Assembly: GCA_964016885.1 (NCBI GenBank)
Contig: OZ024741.1
Span: 332,134,001 to 332,198,000 of the forward strand
Length of the DNA stretch: 64,000 nucleotides
Direction: 5' to 3'
DNA from: Eledone cirrhosa
Taxonomy: Eukaryota
Made by a program: the position numbers and the translations under genes. Shown here in pieces: positions 1 through 12,572 of this stretch; the first letter of the stretch is position 1; each line of letters begins with the position of its first letter. Below the pieces are notes generated by a model, which saw only the letters and a list, made by a program, of their open reading frames with translations, was not told the DNA's origin and searched no databases.

Positions 1-140
1 TTAGCTTTGCTTTTCATCCTTACGGTTTCGATGAAACCTCAGTGTGCTACTGGTACTTACCAGTAGCACACTGAGGTTTATTTAATTGACTTTCCCCATC
101 CCTAAAATTATTGGCCTTGTGCCTAAATCAGAAACAATTT
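1..140 (+). mobile_element. 3' fragment of a SINE (octopus-type ...gtaccagt..cactg.ggt...ggccttgtgcc.aaa tail)
   Basis: cttttcatcct...accagtagcacactgagg...ggccttgtgcctaaatcagaaacaatt; reverse-complement relatives at 37062-37117 and 56113-56213. Confidence 0.6.
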
Positions 141-385
141 TTAAGCTGGTTTTTGGAGCAACGCTTAACAAAGGTTTTTATATAATATCATGATGGAAGG
201 TTTTTATAAATATAAATATATAAAGTTTTGTATTGTAGAAAAACAGGTGATTTCAGGTGGTTGTGTATCAGAAGGGTTAACCTATGTCAAAATCAAAATA
301 TGGAATATGTCAAACAATTTATGCATATACACATACAGGTGCAATGCCCAAATCATGTATACATACTTGTATGTATATATATATA

Positions 386-507
<122 letters not shown>

Positions 508-805
508 TTTGGACATGTTAATATTGTATATATGTACAGTTTGTTTCAATAAAAATTTATGTGGCAATGTAATACGGATTTTGATATTATTATATACACA
601 TAAATGAGTGTGTACGCGTGCGCATGTGCGTGTGTGTATATATACATATATATACTTTTTCTATTAAATACATGGCAAACTGCCGTGTACCGTCTTAGGT
701 ACTACAAGTTTCCCGAAGTAAGTTAATTTTATTTCATTTGTATATTTACCTATATGATTACATATTGAGGGTTCTTTCTTTAGTGATTACATCCATACAT
801 TCAGG

Positions 806-863
<58 letters not shown>

Positions 864-915
864 GAAAGACGTAAAATAAGAAAATTATAAAAATTAACTT
901 ACTTACTAAAATTTC

Positions 916-999
916 ACTCCAACTAATTAGTTTCTGAAAGGGAATAAACATGGTTTCCGAATGGAGCAACATGGAGAATACCTTTCGTCACCAGGAAGT
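916..999 (-). ncRNA. Type I hammerhead-like motif (core variant CUGGUGA)
   Basis: Reverse complement of 1941-2024. Confidence 0.55.
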
Positions 1000-1940
1000 C
1001 AATTCTCAGCTAAGTTACCAGGCGATGCGTGGACACAGGGAACTTATACAAAAATAATTCAGTGGATGGAAAAAAGCAAGTGAGGACTAAATTCCAAGAC
1101 ATTGAAAAAATCACTGCCTACTTGGTCGGTGGCAAATTCAAAAGAATCAATCACGTGACATCGAGGTTAATCAGTGAGGAGTGGGGTGTTAAGAAGACAG
1201 TAGCCGAACTATTACTATGAACTATAGTAGCAGTTTTGGCAAATTTCTGCTCAACAAAATAATTTGGAGATAACTATAAAGAATTTGTATATCTACCAAC
1301 ATATATATACAGATGCATACCTATGCTAGCAAATATATAGGTTTTGTCTTAGTAACTTTGTGGTTCAATGCTAGGGGATGCAGAACAATTATATGAAAGA
1401 TGTAAAATAAGAAAATTATTCTCCAAGGTATTCTCCATGTTGCTCCATTCGGAAACCATGTTTATTCCCTTTCAGAAACTAATTAGTTGGAGTGAAATTT
1501 TAGTAAGTAAGTTAATTTTTATAATTTTCTTATTTTACGTCTTTCATATAATTGTTCGGCATCCCCTTGCATTGAACCACAAAGTTATTAAGACAAAACC
1601 TATATATTTGCTAGCATGGGTGTGCATCTGTATATGTATGTTGGTAGATATACAAATTCTTTATAATTATCTCCAAATTATTTTGTTGAGCAAAAATTTG
1701 CCAAAACTGCTACTATAGTTCATAGTAATAGTTCGGCTACTGTCTTCTTAACACCCCACTCCTCACTGATTAACCTCGATGTCACGTGATTGATTCTTTT
1801 GAATTTGCCACCGACCAAGTAGGCAGTGATTTTTTCAATGTCTGGGAATTTAGTCCTCACTTGCTTTTTTCCATCCACTAAATTATTTTTGTATAAGTTC
1901 CCTGTGTCCACGCATCGCCTGGTAACTTAGCTGAGAATTG

Positions 1941-2024
1941 ACTTCCTGGTGACGAAAGGTATTCTCCATGTTGCTCCATTCGGAAACCATGTTTATTCCC
2001 TTTCAGAAACTAATTAGTTGGAGT
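1941..2024 (+). ncRNA. Type I hammerhead-like motif (core variant CUGGUGA)
   Basis: ACUUC CUGGUGA c-GAAAGG...CCUUUC-a GAAA CUAAUUAG UU/GGAGU: stem I ACUUC:GGAGU, stem II GAAAGG:CCUUUC, palindromic stem III ACUAAUUAGU; A6 replaced by G. Confidence 0.55.
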
Positions 2025-2198
2025 GACATTTTAGTAAGTAAGTTAATTTTTATAATTTTCTTATTTTACGTCTTTCATATAATTGTTCTGCATCCCCTTG
2101 CATTGAACCACAAAGTTATTAAGACAAAACCTATATATGTGCTAGCATAGGTATGCATCTGTATATATATGTTGGTAGATATACAAATTCTTTATATG

Positions 2199-2272
<74 letters not shown>

Positions 2273-2275
<3 letters not shown>

Positions 2276-4187
2276 CATGGTCACCCGGATAGTTAACCAA
2301 GTCGTACAGAATGGGGTTGTTCCGAAGGACTGGCATAGCAGCATCATCGTTAACTGTTATAAGGGTAAAGGAGATGCCCTAGATAGGAGTAACTATAGAG
2401 GCATTAAATTAATCGACCAGGTCATGAAGGTCACGGAAAAAGTAATAGCGCAACTAATCAGAGAGAGAATTGATCTAGATGAAATGCAGTTCGGGTTTGT
2501 GTCAGGCAAAAGTACCACAGACGCTCTTTTCATTGTACGACAACTACAGGAGAAGTACCTAGCTAAAGGTAAACCCCTCTACATAGCTTTTGTCGACTTG
2601 GAGAAAGCCTTCGACAGAGTCCCCCGTTCCATTATCTGGTGGGCCCTTAGAAAACTAGGTGTCGACGAATGGCTTGTGAGAGCTATACAAGCCATGTATA
2701 AAGAAACAGTCAGCAAGGTTAGAATTAACAACGAATATAGTGAAGAGTTTAACGTAAAAGTTGGCGTCCATCAGGGCTCTGTTCTCAGCCCCCTACTATT
2801 TATTATTGCCCTTCAGGCTATAACAGAGGAGTTCAAGACCGGCTGCCCATGGGAACTCCTATACGCAGACGACCTAACACTCATAGCTGAATCAATGGCC
2901 GAGCTAGAGAAGAAATTCCAAACATGGAAGCACGGCCTAGAATCAAAAGGCCTTAAAATTAACCTGGCTAAGACTAAAGTTCTAGTTTGTAGGAAAGAAA
3001 ATAAGGCGGCGGTCCCTTCCGGGAAATGGCCATGCTCAGTGTGTAGGAAAGGCGTAGGTAGAAACTCCATTTTATGTCCCAAATGCAAAGTATGGGTGCA
3101 TAAAAGATGTAGTGGGATCACAGGTAAGCTAACTAAGAACATAGATTTTACATGTGGCCGGTGCTCTGGTGCAATAAGTAGCAGCAAGTGCCCACAAAAT
3201 AATAGCTCTTACAACTGCGCAGAGGGCTCTATAGAAATAGTGGACAGCCTCCGTTACTTGGGTTACAAAATCAGCAGTGGAGGAGGGTGCTCTGAAAGTA
3301 CAGTAGCTAGAGTCAGAACTGGATGGAAAAAGTTCAGAGAGCTTATACCACTATTAGCCGCTAAAGGGTTCTCCCGAAAAATGAAAGGCAGGTTGTATGA
3401 TGCCTGCATACGAACAGCAATGTTGCATGGCAGTGAGACCTGGGCATTGTGTGCAGAGGATATACGCAGACTAGAGAGGAACGAAGCTTGCATGCCCCGC
3501 TGGATGTGTAATAGTAATATACGTGAACGGCAAAGCATAAACGAACTAAGGAAAAAATTAGAAATAAGAGGGATCAGATGTTGTTTACTCGAGAGAAGGC
3601 TACGTTGGTATGGACACGTGATGCGCATGAAAGTCGATAGCTGTATAACAAAGTGCAGGGCAATAAAGATAGACGGTAGCCACGGAATAGGCAGACCTAG
3701 AAAAACCTGGGACGAGCTGATAAACTCCGACCTCACACACTTACACCTCTCCAAGACAATGTCACTGGACCGAGACCTTTGGCGGTACTCAGTAATAGAG
3801 AAGACCCGCCTTACCTAAATACATAGTAAAACCTACTACAGTCAGTAGGCATCTCTAACAAAATACACCCCCCCCCACCCCCTTCTATGTAAAGTTATGT
3901 TGGTGCCACACCATCCAGGCCGAAACAAATGAGATCGTGTAGGTGTCACGACAAAAAAACACACAGTCCACGCTGTAATGTGGCCGTGTAGGCAACACGG
4001 TAAAAACCTCCCAGGCCCACACTGTAAATGTGGTTGGTGTTAGGAAGGGCATCCAACTGTAGAAAACCTGCCAGACAGTCCTATGCGAGCAAGACAATCA
4101 CTCTTGCCTCAAGTGGGAAAACCCCCGTCCAAACCCATGCAAGCGTGGAACACGGACGTTAAACGTTGATGATGATGATGATGATGA

Positions 4188-4188
<1 letters not shown>
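2273..4188 (+). mobile_element. RTE-clade LINE, 5'-truncated, with 3' UTR and (GAT)n tail
   Basis: RT ORF, then 3' UTR ending ggacgttaaacgttgatgatgatgat. Confidence 0.93.
2277..3818 (+). CDS. RTE reverse transcriptase (N-terminally truncated, open frame) with Cys-rich PHD-like insert
   Basis: [76 protein letters not shown]; the ORF-track start at 2169 is microsatellite. Confidence 0.88.
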   Translation: MVTRIVNQVVQNGVVPKDWHSSIIVNCYKGKGDALDRSNYRGIKLIDQVMKVTEKVIAQLIRERIDLDEMQFGFVSGKSTTDALFIVRQLQEKYLAKGKPLYIAFVDLEKAFDRVPRSIIWWALRKLGVDEWLVRAIQAMYKETVSKVRINNEYSEEFNVKVGVHQGSVLSPLLFIIALQAITEEFKTGCPWELLYADDLTLIAESMAELEKKFQTWKHGLESKGLKINLAKTKVLVCRKENKAAVPSGKWPCSVCRKGVGRNSILCPKCKVWVHKRCSGITGKLTKNIDFTCGRCSGAISSSKCPQNNSSYNCAEGSIEIVDSLRYLGYKISSGGGCSESTVARVRTGWKKFRELIPLLAAKGFSRKMKGRLYDACIRTAMLHGSETWALCAEDIRRLERNEACMPRWMCNSNIRERQSINELRKKLEIRGIRCCLLERRLRWYGHVMRMKVDSCITKCRAIKIDGSHGIGRPRKTWDELINSDLTHLHLSKTMSLDRDLWRYSVIEKTRLT

Positions 4189-4226
<38 letters not shown>

Positions 4227-4232
<6 letters not shown>

Positions 4233-4501
4233 ATGAAATCGAAAATGTAACTGGAGCCTTATTTAAAAAAATATATATATATTTATTTTGTTCCTTTACC
4301 GGTTTCGCAGTTCTTCTGCTTTTCAAAAGTAGAGTTGAGATGGAGTGTCTGTGGTTTTTCTCACATCTGGTTGGTCTCTGAATGTTACTTGTTTTATATG
4401 GGAAAAGTGGCTCGAAATGCCAGGTTTTTCGAGAAGTAATTTGATTGGTTGGTCAATAATTATAATAAAATTCGCGCCAGTTCTTCAAACAGGGGGGGGG
4501 G
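4227..4501 (+). repeat. Left arm of a ~270-bp inverted-repeat pair; contains the empty Merlin target site
   Basis: 4227-4395 is the reverse complement of 37724-37898 and 4388-4501 of 8739-8865; single cttgtttt at 4388-4395. Confidence 0.85.
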
Positions 4502-5415
4502 TCAGAATTAAGATTTTTTATTGAATAAAGAAAGTAAAGATGTGTATGTTTATTTGTGTGCTTGTGTGTGTGTGTGTTGTGTGTGTGTGTTTGAATTTTT
4601 TTTTACTTAAAAAAAAGTGGCTCACGAAGGCTTTTTTTAATAAACGTAATTTGATTGGTTATAAATGAAATTATGGCTGTCACGTGAACAAGTTTTCATT
4701 ACATTTTGGTGCCCTTATTTGGAAATCTATTCACACACACACACACACACACAAGCACACAAATAAGCATACATATCTTTACTTTCTTTATTCAATAGAA
4801 AATCTGAATTCTGACACCCCAGCGAACTAACCATATTCACTGAACCAGAACAATTCTCTCATCCAATTTCTCTTGACCATTATCTTTTACTTGTCATAAA
4901 ATTCTCTAAAAAGGCTACAGAATAGATTTCCAAATAACGGCGCGAAAATTTAATGAAAACTTGTTCACGTGACAGCCATACTTTCATTTATCACCAATCA
5001 AATTACGTTTATTAAAAAAAGCCTTCGTGAGCCCCTTTTTTTTTAAGTAAAAAGAAATTCAAACACACACACAAGCACACAAATAAACATACACATCTTT
5101 ACTTTCTTTATTCACTAGAAAATCTGAATTCTGACACCCCAGCGAACTAACCATATTCACTGAACCAGAACAATTCTCCCATCCAATTTCTCTTGACCAT
5201 TATCTTTTACTTGTCATAAAATTCTCTAAAAAGGCTACAGAATAGATTTCCAAATAAGGGCGCGAAAATTTAATGAAAACTTGTTCACGTGACAGCCATA
5301 ATTTCATTTATAACCAATCAAATTACGTTTATTAAAAAAAAAAGCCTTCGTGAGCCCCCTTTTTTAAGTGAAAAGAAATTCAAACACTCATATATGGAAA
5401 AAAACAACCTGTGAC
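4501..5415. repeat. ~320-bp unit in inverted and tandem copies
   Basis: 4501-4732 is inverted relative to two tandem copies at ~4733-5390; shares aaaagtggctc and gtaatttgattggtt motifs with the adjacent arm. Confidence 0.8.
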
Positions 5416-5430
5416 CCCCCCCCCCCCCCC

Positions 5431-8369
5431 TGAATACTGCTCTGTGTCGCACCGATTCCTCGACCTGTCCCACCCGAGGCGACATGTTGTACCAGAACAC
5501 TGCCTCCATTGGTGAGATATGGCCCCGCTCCGCCATTGCCTTGATAGTCCGGTGGTGTCGCTCCACAATTCCATTCCCGCTCGGCCTGTGCGCTGCTCTG
5601 AAGAAACGGTCCACCTTCCATCCATCGAGCATCTCCCTCAGCGCCTCCGAGCGGAACGCTGCGCTGTTGTCCACCAGCAGTTCGTCCACAGGGCCCCGCT
5701 CCAAGAACACCTCTCTCAACGTCCGCATGATTTCCTCGGCCGTTCCAGTCTTCATCTCCCTCCATATCGCCATCCGTCCTGGTCCACAGTCGACCATCGA
5801 GAGGTACGTTCCCTGTCGGTAGTGCGTTACATCCACCGCCAATCGCGATCCACCGGGAGGCTTCCCGTTTCGTGTACACCCGGGGCGGGATCAATGGACT
5901 GACATCGGACGCAGCCTCTAACCACCCTTTGAACACTGTGTCTGTTAACGTCCGAGTCGATTCTCCTGGCTAGGAACAGGCTCCTATCCACTCCCATGTG
6001 GTGCATGTCATGCAACCCTTTCAGATCCGACTCGGTCAGCCGACACACGGCAGCTATCTCATCTTCTACCTCCTCCGGCGCTTCCATCCAGGCTTTCTTC
6101 ACCCTAGTTAAGATGTCCGCCCTATTTTTCTCTGAGGGCACGAAAACTACGCTCAGCCTCAGGTCGAACTCGGTGGCCAGCTCTCCTAAAGTTCCCAGGC
6201 GGCGCTTTATCAGCATCTCCGCCGCCCCTCTCGTTCGCACTCTCTTCTCACTGGTGAGCACTGATCTCACCCATCCGAGTACAGTAGCCGAGTCGGTGCG
6301 TATCTCGATGGTGCGCAGTCCCCACCTCAGGGCGAGGTTCACCCCTCTCAACACTGCGTCCAGTTCGGCCACATTGATGTGGTTGCAGTCGTCCTAAGTC
6401 AGGCTGCATCCTCGACCTCAACACCTTCCATCTCCAACGTGACACCGAGCGTTATGCTGTTGGCATCGCACCATACGGTCCCGCTCTGTGATTTGGGAAC
6501 ATACCAGCGTCCCCGCACTGGGTCGTCGGCCTTCACCTTCCCCACGATCTCCTGCATCATGGCCACCGTCCTCTCTCCCACTCTGTCACTCCTCCCTTGA
6601 CATAGCTGCATGCCGTCCGGAGCCACCCAGCAATCGGGTAGTGACCCACCAACTTTCCACACACCGAGAAAAGCTCCCGCCTACTCATACTTGGGCCCAG
6701 TTCTGGAACTTCATTTCCCCTCTGGAATACCAAAACGCCCGTCCTGTCTCGCCGTAGCCTAAGTCACAGCGCGGCTCCTCCCTCCAACGCTTCTGGCGGC
6801 TTTGCAGCCAGACCATACCCCTGTAAATGGCTCGTGACCTCCGCCGCCGACACCACAGACTCGTCTACTAGGATGTCGTCAATATAGGAGTTAGTGGCCC
6901 TCTTCATCTTGTCGGCCTTTCCCAGAATGGTCTTGAGGACCGCCGCCATGATCTTCGGTGCGGAGCTCAGCCCGAGGCCGAGCCTGGTCAGGCAATATGT
7001 CCGGCCCTTATACCTGACCAGCTGATACTGCCAGAGCTTCTCATTAACGGCAATACTCCGCACTTCACCTCCTCTTTCCAGGGAAGCAGTATGCCCTCCT
7101 CAATCCATCTCTCTACCTCTCGCTCCTAATGTTTCCCTTCAATGTGTGTTGATAGCAGCCCACTTTGGTCTTCAGTGTTGGTGGTTCTCCCTTCCAGTAC
7201 CACTCATCAACCCATCGAACACGGCCTTGAAGTCTTTGTCCTGCACAGTGTAAGCGGAGTATTTCTCCTCGTGGGCCTTCTGGTTCTCCTGTCGCGCACT
7301 CACAGCGCATACCGATGCAATGGCGCCAAACGACACACCGACGTTGTTCACTGTGACGCCTCCTAGACGGCCAATTGCGTCCATGCCGATCCCATCCACC
7401 ACGCTGTCTACTACGATGACAGAAAGCCTTATTTTCCTCCCCGTACCGCTATTTCCATCTCGCTGCGACTTCAGCATTCAATTTTCCTGCCGTCGACTGC
7501 CCTTACGCTACTCTTCCCTCTCCACCACCCCCGCGGTCACCAGTGTCGTCGTACAGCCCGTGTCCACGAGGGCTCGCTGTGGCTTTCCCCTCACGAAGAC
7601 TTCCACCACGGGCAGCGCCTCTACTCGTAAGGGGCAACTACCTGCGCAGTAGTTCCCCTTGGATCGTTTCCCTGGTCGCAGTTAATAGCGATGTTCTTGG
7701 TCACTTACGCAGGTAGCATATTATTTCCGGCCTTGACTCTCTGCAGTCTCTAGCCATGTGCGGACCCTGGCACCGAAAACAGCGACCTCTAAACGTTCGC
7801 GGGCGACCGCGTGCCGTGGTTGCCTCCCTTTCACCATTTCGCTGCCAGCTGTCTTGAGCCTCTGTAGTTGCTATCGCCGCAACACTCTTTTTGGCATGTT
7901 CTGCTATGATCCGGACTTGTTCCACCAGTGAACGCATTTCCATTTCTTTGTAACCCGGGACTTGCTGCAGTTTCACCGCTATGTCGTCTGGAAATCCATA
8001 TATGAACGCCAACCGCACCGTGCGTTCGCATTCCACCTGATATCCAGCCAATCGCCGTATTTCCGCTGCGAAAATGTCAACGCGTTCACCGTTCCATCTA
8101 ATTCTTGCCAGCTTAGCGAAAGCGGCTAACGGTCCCTCTGCGAAAGCTTCTATCATGCGCCTCTCAATCTTTTGCGCATCTCTTTGGCTGTGTTCGTCCA
8201 ACTCAAGGAAGAGTACCAACGCGTCCCCCTCGAGGTACAGTTCCATGAGGCCAGCCACATCTATCTTCTGCAAGCTTGCGACCAGCCGGATTTTTCGCAG
8301 CCAAGCGACAACATCACCTTCCCCGGTAAATGCCCTGATAGCTTCGCTTGTTCATAGTCTTGTCGCCAT
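5431..8369 (-). mobile_element. Decayed Ty3/Gypsy retrotransposon internal region (gag-PR-RT-RNaseH-IN); no LTR pair seen
   Basis: Gag with CFRCQGPHMARDC knuckle (7701-8369); protease ALVDTGCTTT (~7545-7580); RT YIDDI (6764-7063); RNase H WCDA..AELDAV..TDSATV; integrase HDMHH..CVRC, AVDVTH, LVDNS, GNGIVERHH; several frameshifts and stops. Confidence 0.9.
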
Positions 8370-9258
8370 CTTCTAATTTGTCTTGCGGTACGTGATAAAA
8401 AAAACAACAGACTCCTCTCTGTTTTTCCAGTAGCCTTTTTTTTTTTTGCTTTTTTTTTTCAATCAGATCTGTTTCCAGTGCCGAAATAGCTTGTGGTTAG
8501 AAAAAGCTATCTCACTTACCGCTTTTCATAGGCGCCGTTAAATTCCACTGCTGGTCTCTCCTCTTCCACGTGCGTCCAACTGCTTAACACCGGGAGCTGC
8601 CAAAACTCGCGTCCACACCGTTGCTGGTCACCACTAGAGAGAGACCATCTGCTGGCCCTTCCGGTCGAGCATCCTTCCGGCCAAGCACCCTTCCGGTCGA
8701 GCACTCCCCCGCTTCCGGCCACCGCACGCCACACCATACCCCCCCCTTGTTTGAAGAACTTTGTAACGCGAACTGGCGCGAAATTTATTATAATTATTGA
8801 CCAACCAATCAAATTACTTCTCGAAAAACCTGGCATTTCGAGCCACTTTTCCCATATAAAACAAGGGCACTACAATGCTATTAGCTATCAGTCCAAGCAG
8901 CCGATGGAAACAGGCGAAGGTGACGTCACTCGTCAAACATCGTTTATTTCCGTATTACTACCACGCGTAAGTGGAGTTTTCACGCGTTTTTTGGAGAGAG
9001 AGAGAGGGGGGACTAAAAAGGGCCAAATTAGAAAACAAATAGAAAACAAGTCATGGTTATAAAGCATATCGATGTAAGTGGAGTTACTTAAATGAAAATA
9101 TAGGTGGCCCTTAAAAGGGCCAAATTAGAAAACAAATTTAAGTTAATTAGAAAACAAGTCATGGTTATCAAATAAATTTGATTTATTCATTTATATTTTC
9201 ATTATTCACCAACCTTATTCAAAAGCATGTTTAGAAACATTTTTTTCACCAACCTTAT

Positions 9259-10156
9259 TCAAATGCATGGAATCAGATGACGGATATGTTCTAATAACTT
9301 TTGGAAAATTTCTCCTTTAAATTCATACCGCCACATGAATTCAATGAGATGGTTTTGAAGCAAATTTCTGGCTGTCCCGTTTTCCCTTTTATTCCTATTT
9401 TTTACGTGTTTCCACAAGCATTCTATGTGATTCGTTGTGGCAAATGTTACTGGATCAACAAAATTGATCGAATGGTTCACCGTCAAATGTTGATAGCCTA
9501 GCTGATCGATCGTATTATAGGAACGCCATAGATCAGATATTATGGTTGTCCCTGGCAATATACGATCCTGTATAATGGTTAAAAGTGTCTCCACTGTCCT
9601 GTCTTCTACTGTTACTAAAATACATCTGCTGGTACTTCTTTCCAAAGCACCAAAAACCCACTGTGTTTTCACAGAATGGCCACGATGGTATTTCCTTCTC
9701 ACGAATGCGCTTTCATCAATCTCGACAATTCGGTTTGGCCCGCCAAGCTTAATGTTTTGTGCCACATAGTACTCTGCACAGACATCACGGCAAAAATTTC
9801 GCCAATCTGCTACGGCCACATTCGCGATACGACATTCCTCTGAAATCTTCTTTTGCCCAAAAATATAATATATCAACTATTTGTTCACACTTCAAATTGC
9901 TATTTTCTAAAAATGTGCCTTTTCTAATAATAGAAACCTGTTTTCTACATAGTCTTTTACATGACCAGATAATCCCATCTGACACATTTTGTTTCGCTAC
10001 TTCCAACATACGTTGACCACATGAAGGGCAGACCTTTTGTGTATTCAGAAGTCCTTGAATTTTCAACCAATTGACGGTATCTGCTGTAGTAGCGGTAGCG
10101 ATGGAAAGATCGCGATGGTTAATTCCCTTAACACTTGGATATATTATAGAAGTCAT
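9259..10156 (-). pseudogene. Merlin/IS1016 (ISXO2-like) DDE transposase, one frameshift near 9840-9870
   Basis: N-terminal CPSC..WSC Zn motif and RKGTF; LGGPNRIVEIDES, QWVFG, ILPGTTIISDLWRSY, HLTVNHS.NFVDP, TNHIE.LW, EFMWR. Confidence 0.92.
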
Positions 10157-10480
10157 TTTTCAACTTGCAGATGCGTGTATTATCACAAAGTGAAGATTAA
10201 AGTTTATTTATTTACACGTGGTGTTGGTGATGATTGTTGCTGATTGGTGGGGATTGTCTCCATGGGGACTGTCGCTTGTCTCCATGGGCACTGTATCCAT
10301 GCTTTTGAATAAGGTTGGTGAAAATAATTTGTTTTCTAAACATTTCTTCATAAATATATAGGGTTGGTGAAAAAATTTGATAACCATAATTTGGCCCTTT
10401 TAAGGGTCACCTATATTTTCATTTAAGTTAACTCCACTGTTGGTGAAAATGACTTGTTTTTTATATTGATAACCATAACT

Positions 10481-10618
10481 ATGAAAATATGTGACGTCAT
10501 TCATCAACTACTTTCACTTGACAGCTAATACCATGAACTGTAAAAATACAGTTCAGGGTATTAGCTGTCAGAAGTGAAAGTAGGGGAAGGTTGACGAATG
10601 ACGTCACATATTTTCATG
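10481..10618. repeat. Fold-back of a degenerate TIR-like sequence
   Basis: atgaaaatatgtgacgtcattc...cagctaatacc.tgaactgta / tacagttca.ggtattagctg...gaatgacgtcacatattttcat; shares tattagct.tcag and tgacgtca with the Merlin TIR. Confidence 0.75.
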
Positions 10619-10632
10619 TATGTGTTTGTGTA

Positions 10633-11390
10633 CAAATTTCAATAATATTAAGACACCCTAATGGAGGTTAAACGCCCTATAGTGAAAAGTTTGGCCAATA
10701 AATGGAACAAGATTTTACGAACTCCTCCTATGGTTTTGGAGATAGACCCCCATAATCATATATATTCTGAAACTACATTGCCCAGGGTACTTGTATAAGT
10801 ATATTTCATTTTAATCAAAGGGTTCATCGGGAGCACAAAACCGCCACTGAAACTTTACCTTCGATTTATATAAAATTTAAACCATAGGTAAATGACAAGA
10901 TATGATGCCTTTTCACAAAATTTCAATAAAATTAAAATACCCTAATGGGGGTTAAACCCCCTATTAGGGTTCACCGGTGGCACAAACCCCTGCTGAAAAT
11001 GTTTTCCCTTCGATTTATATGCAATTTAAACCATAGGTAAACGACAAGATATGATGCCTATTCACATCATTTCAGCAAATTTCAATAAAATTACAATACC
11101 CTAATGAGGGTTAAACCCCCTATTAGGGTTCACCAGGGAGCACAAAATCCCCGCAGAAAATGTTTTCTGTTCGATTTATATGCAATTTAAACCATAGATA
11201 AATGAAGAAATATGATGCCTATTCACAAAATTTCAATACTATAAGACACCTTAATGGTGGTTAAACCCCGTATTAGGGTTCCCCGGGGGTACAAACCCTC
11301 ACTGAAAACTTTTCCCTTTCGATTTATATGAAACTTAAACCATAGGTAAATGACAAGATATGATGCCTATTCACAAAAGTTTTCAATTGA
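10633..11390. repeat. Tandem ~150-160-bp repeat with internal hairpin
   Basis: Units at ~10918, 11077, 11228 plus partials; accctaatggggg-ttaaa-ccccctattagggt. Confidence 0.85.
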
Positions 11391-11644
11391 TATTTTGAAA
11401 AAAATTATTTACAAGAAACAAAATAAGAATAAGATTTAATAATGCAATTTTGATTTGATATATTACAAAAAATGATGTTTTCCAATTTTTCATGCATTAT
11501 ATTTTACATTGAGTAATATTGAATTTTTCTCCATAAATTATATCACTGATTTAAAATCAATCATCATTTTCTTACAAAAAAAATGTGTGAAACGCAGCAA
11601 GGCGCTGGTAATTTGGCTAGTATATATATATATATATATATGAG

Positions 11645-12570
11645 TGTGTGTATGCTCATTATGTAGGAGAGGTGTAGGTAGAAACTCCATCCTCTGCCCC
11701 ATATGCAGACTATGGGTACAGAAGAGATGTAGTGGGATCTCAGGAAGTTTAGTTAAGAATGTAGGCTTTACATGTAACAGTTGCACCAGGACAGTAAGCA
11801 GCAAACAATCACTGAAAACAAGTGACATCAAAGTCTGGGAGGACTTGGTAAAAACAATACTGAATTAGCAGTGGAGGAGGGGTGTTCTGAAAGAACGGGA
11901 TGGAAGAAGTTGAGGGAGCTAATGCCACAGCTGGATACAAAAGGCTTTTCCCTCAGAATAAAAGGTAGACTGTATGATGTGTGCATATGAACGGCAATGT
12001 TGCATGGGCGCTGTGTGTAGAAGACTTGCGTAGATGAGAAAGGAATGAAGCTTGTATGCTCCGATGGATGTGTAATAGTAATATACGCGAACAGCAAAGC
12101 ATAAACAAACTGAAAGAGAAACTTGGCATAAGAGGAATCAAATGTGTGCAGGAGAGGAGATTATGTTGGTATGGACATGTGATTCGTATGAAGGATGACA
12201 GCTACATAAAGTCCCAGAAAGACTTGAGATGAAGTGATAAAAGGCGTTATGAGGTAATACAGAAACCCCAACTTCCCACGGGCCCAGGCCAAGGCTGAAA
12301 CATACATACAGTATGCACCACTCCATCCCACCCGCTAATATATCTTTCATGAGAACAGGCCGAAACACTGTAAAGTGGTCGTGATGGTGACACGGTAAAA
12401 AACACCCAGTCCACACTGTAAAGTAGTCGTGGAGGAATCACAACAAAAAACACCCAGTACTCATTGTAAATGAGCTTGGCATTAGGAAGGGAATCCAGCT
12501 GTATAAACCAAGCCAAAATCAGTTCTTTATGAGCAAGACATGGTCACCTGACCTAACATTGCCAACAATA
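11645..12570 (+). mobile_element. Degraded RTE LINE 3' fragment
   Basis: [24 protein letters not shown] and GWKK.RELMP remnants followed by RTE-type 3' UTR. Confidence 0.85.
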
Positions 12571-12572
12571 GA

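Larger units (their letters stand above)
860..2190. mobile_element. PLE pseudo-LTR/retrozyme-like 531-bp unit in tandem plus inverted arrangement
   Basis: Unit 860-1390 restarts at 1391 (atatgaaaga); inverted copies start at 1425 and 1956 (aaggtattctcc, 531 apart); flanked by (TA)n; carries a hammerhead motif. Confidence 0.75.

Noticed and set aside
4388-8865. Apparent inverted target-site duplication (cttgtttt...aaaacaag) around the Gypsy block
   Set aside because: Better explained as an ordinary direct 8-bp Merlin TSD (8858 and 37724) inside an inverted sister repeat
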